Source: a virus | Length of the DNA: 64,000 bases | Direction: 5' to 3' (one strand) | Virus record (IMG/VR): IMGVR_UViG_3300046170_000433 | Coordinates: 1-64,000 of that record | Shown here: positions 62,643 to 64,000 of the stretch, piece by piece | Numbering within the stretch: position 1 is the first letter of the stretch | How the letters are laid out: each line of letters starts with the position of its first letter | Notes under the pieces: generated by a model | What the model saw: the letters and a program-made list of their open reading frames with translations, nothing else | What the model was told of the DNA's origin: nothing | Database searches by the model: none | Program-made: the position numbers and the translations under genes

Positions 62643-63563
62643 ATGATCAAAAAAATACTTAAAACATTGACTAACAAGGCGTTACCAGGCATGCATGACA
62701 CGCATGAGGTCGGCAGTTCGAATCTGCCATCTCCCACCAAGCCTAACTTAGTATCAGAGAATGACTTAGGGAGGCTTCCTGCACCTGACAAAGCTCACCG
62801 CATGTACCAGCATGCATGCGCTCAACGCAACTTGCGGAAGACTTCTTTAGTGACCATGCGACAGCGAGTTTCTGCCTTTATCGCATGGATTGGCGATAAA
62901 AAGTTAGATGAAATATCTCGGAGGGATGTGAAAACTTTTGCTGAATCTTTCCCAGGGCGATGGTCAAGAATCGGTCATCGCAATGATGTTTGCGTATTTT
63001 TGAATTGGTGTGGGCAAATGGGTTGGATCGAAGAGGGTCAATTTTACAAAATTAAGCTCATGGAAGTTTTACAAGATGAGAATCCGATTGATATTTTGTC
63101 AGTAGAACAAGCTGAGAAACTGCTAAATGTCATGCCTGATCGATTCAAAGCTCGAACTGCGTTGCAGTTATTTGCAGGAATCCGACCCTATGAATCCTTG
63201 AAAATCCAAAGTAAGGATTTAGATTTGCAAGGAAAAAAGCTGTATTTGCTTGGCGAATATTCAAAGCTTAGGCGCACAAGAGTGCTTCATGATTTGCCTC
63301 CAAACCTAATAAAATGGCTAAAGAAATATCCATTACCAAACGCCTCTTACAATGCTTACAGATTGGCTCGCAGAAGATATTTTGGAAACATTGCACATGA
63401 TGCCATGAGACACACATTTTGCACCTATGCTTACTTCAAAATGGGTATGGAAATGACCATGCGATACACTGGGCATTCCAATTATAAAACTTTCCATCGC
63501 CACTATTGCGAATCTTCTGCAAATGCAAAAGATGCTGAAAAATACTTCCGGCTAATCCCGTAG
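62643..63563 (+). CDS. int: Tyrosine integrase 2
   Basis: AGIRPYE, HDAMRHTF, TGHS and catalytic Tyr (RHY); att core at its 5' end. Confidence 0.9.
   Translation: MIKKILKTLTNKALPGMHDTHEVGSSNLPSPTKPNLVSENDLGRLPAPDKAHRMYQHACAQRNLRKTSLVTMRQRVSAFIAWIGDKKLDEISRRDVKTFAESFPGRWSRIGHRNDVCVFLNWCGQMGWIEEGQFYKIKLMEVLQDENPIDILSVEQAEKLLNVMPDRFKARTALQLFAGIRPYESLKIQSKDLDLQGKKLYLLGEYSKLRRTRVLHDLPPNLIKWLKKYPLPNASYNAYRLARRRYFGNIAHDAMRHTFCTYAYFKMGMEMTMRYTGHSNYKTFHRHYCESSANAKDAEKYFRLIP
62690..62739 (+). other. attP core: 3' half of tRNA-Val(GAC)
   Basis: Anticodon arm CATGC-ATGACAC-GCATG, variable loop AGGTC, T arm GGCAG-TTCGAAT-CTGCC, acceptor strand ATCTCCC-A-CCA; no D arm or 5' acceptor strand. Confidence 0.88.
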
Positions 63564-63568
63564 CCTGA

Positions 63569-63605
63569 TACGTGCAGACTACGGCAGATAACGTAGTTTC
63601 AACGT
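63569..63605. repeat. 37-bp quasi-palindromic element, copy 2
   Basis: TACGTGCAGACTACG-N7-ACGTAGTT-N2-AACGT, 5 nt after the int stop. Confidence 0.85.
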
Positions 63606-63815
63606 GTAAGCCCAATTTTCTGTTTTTAAAACCCTAGTTTTTATGCGGTTTTCAGCCGATTCTGGAACCATTAAGGGGGGGACTATAGGGGGGGATTAAG
63701 GAGGCTAAGAAGCATAGATATAAAGTATAGCTTATTTCTTAGGAATAAAACCATACATACAAGGGAAAGGATTGTTAAGGAGAGGGATATTATTTTACCC
63801 CCCTATGGTTAACCC

Positions 63816-63998
63816 TCAGCGACCTGCCCACTTCAGATCAAGGTGATTGACACCTCCTATCGGGTTGGGTTTCAATGGTGGTGGTGGCGGAGGGGGCTTA
63901 ACCCAATCCTGCACTTTCTCATCCCAATTCAGTCCGTGGAACTCTTTGAGGTGAACATATGCTCGTTCTCTTTTGTGGGCATTCCATGCAACTGAATC
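63816..63998 (-). CDS. 3' end of a gene running in from beyond the window
   Basis: Open frame DSVAWNAHKRERAYVHLKEF...KPPPPPPPLKP...WAGR* reaches the window edge. Confidence 0.55.
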   Translation of the reverse strand, partial: DSVAWNAHKRERAYVHLKEFHGLNWDEKVQDWVKPPPPPPPLKPNPIGGVNHLDLKWAGR

Positions 63999-64000
63999 TA

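Larger units (their letters stand above)
1..64000. mobile_element. Tailed dsDNA bacteriophage genome segment, probably temperate and podovirus-like, non-integrated form
   Basis: Terminase, portal, scaffold, capsid, tail and internal-protein gene order; no tape measure or sheath recognised; integrases and a half-tRNA att core flanked by phage genes; no host housekeeping genes. Confidence 0.93.

Noticed and set aside
62690-62739. Functional tRNA gene or prophage boundary (attL/attR)
   Set aside because: The 5' acceptor strand and D arm are absent, and phage-type sequence lies on both sides

Overview
This window is a 64-kb piece of a tailed dsDNA phage genome, probably a temperate podovirus-like phage of an aquatic bacterium, in its non-integrated form. 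171-16935 (+) is an early block: a first gene, a ~1.2-kb ORF-free, heavily structured region, ~25 small hypothetical genes, a Gp88-like gene, a C5 DNA methyltransferase, an SNF2-type helicase and a tyrosine recombinase. 16936-62580 (-) is the virion block: terminase, portal, scaffold, capsid, tail and fibre genes, internal virion proteins including a ~3,500-aa polyvalent protein, and small basic proteins. 62643-63563 (+) is a second tyrosine integrase whose 5' end contains the 3' half of a tRNA-Val(GAC), the likely attP. Many late genes carry single frameshifts that look like sequencing indels. The main observations are: (1) a candidate ~830-1000 nt noncoding RNA with nested long-range helices, a boxA-like leader and a terminator; (2) a methyltransferase read in two overlapping frames, with motif IX and seven WxTP modules in the second frame; (3) a 22-bp palindrome GTAACCYA-N6-TAGRTWAC placed just before about 15 start codons; (4) attP inside the integrase ORF; (5) a 37-bp phased-ACGT element present at both ends of the window. 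All calls come from reading by eye; no searches or folding programs were run.
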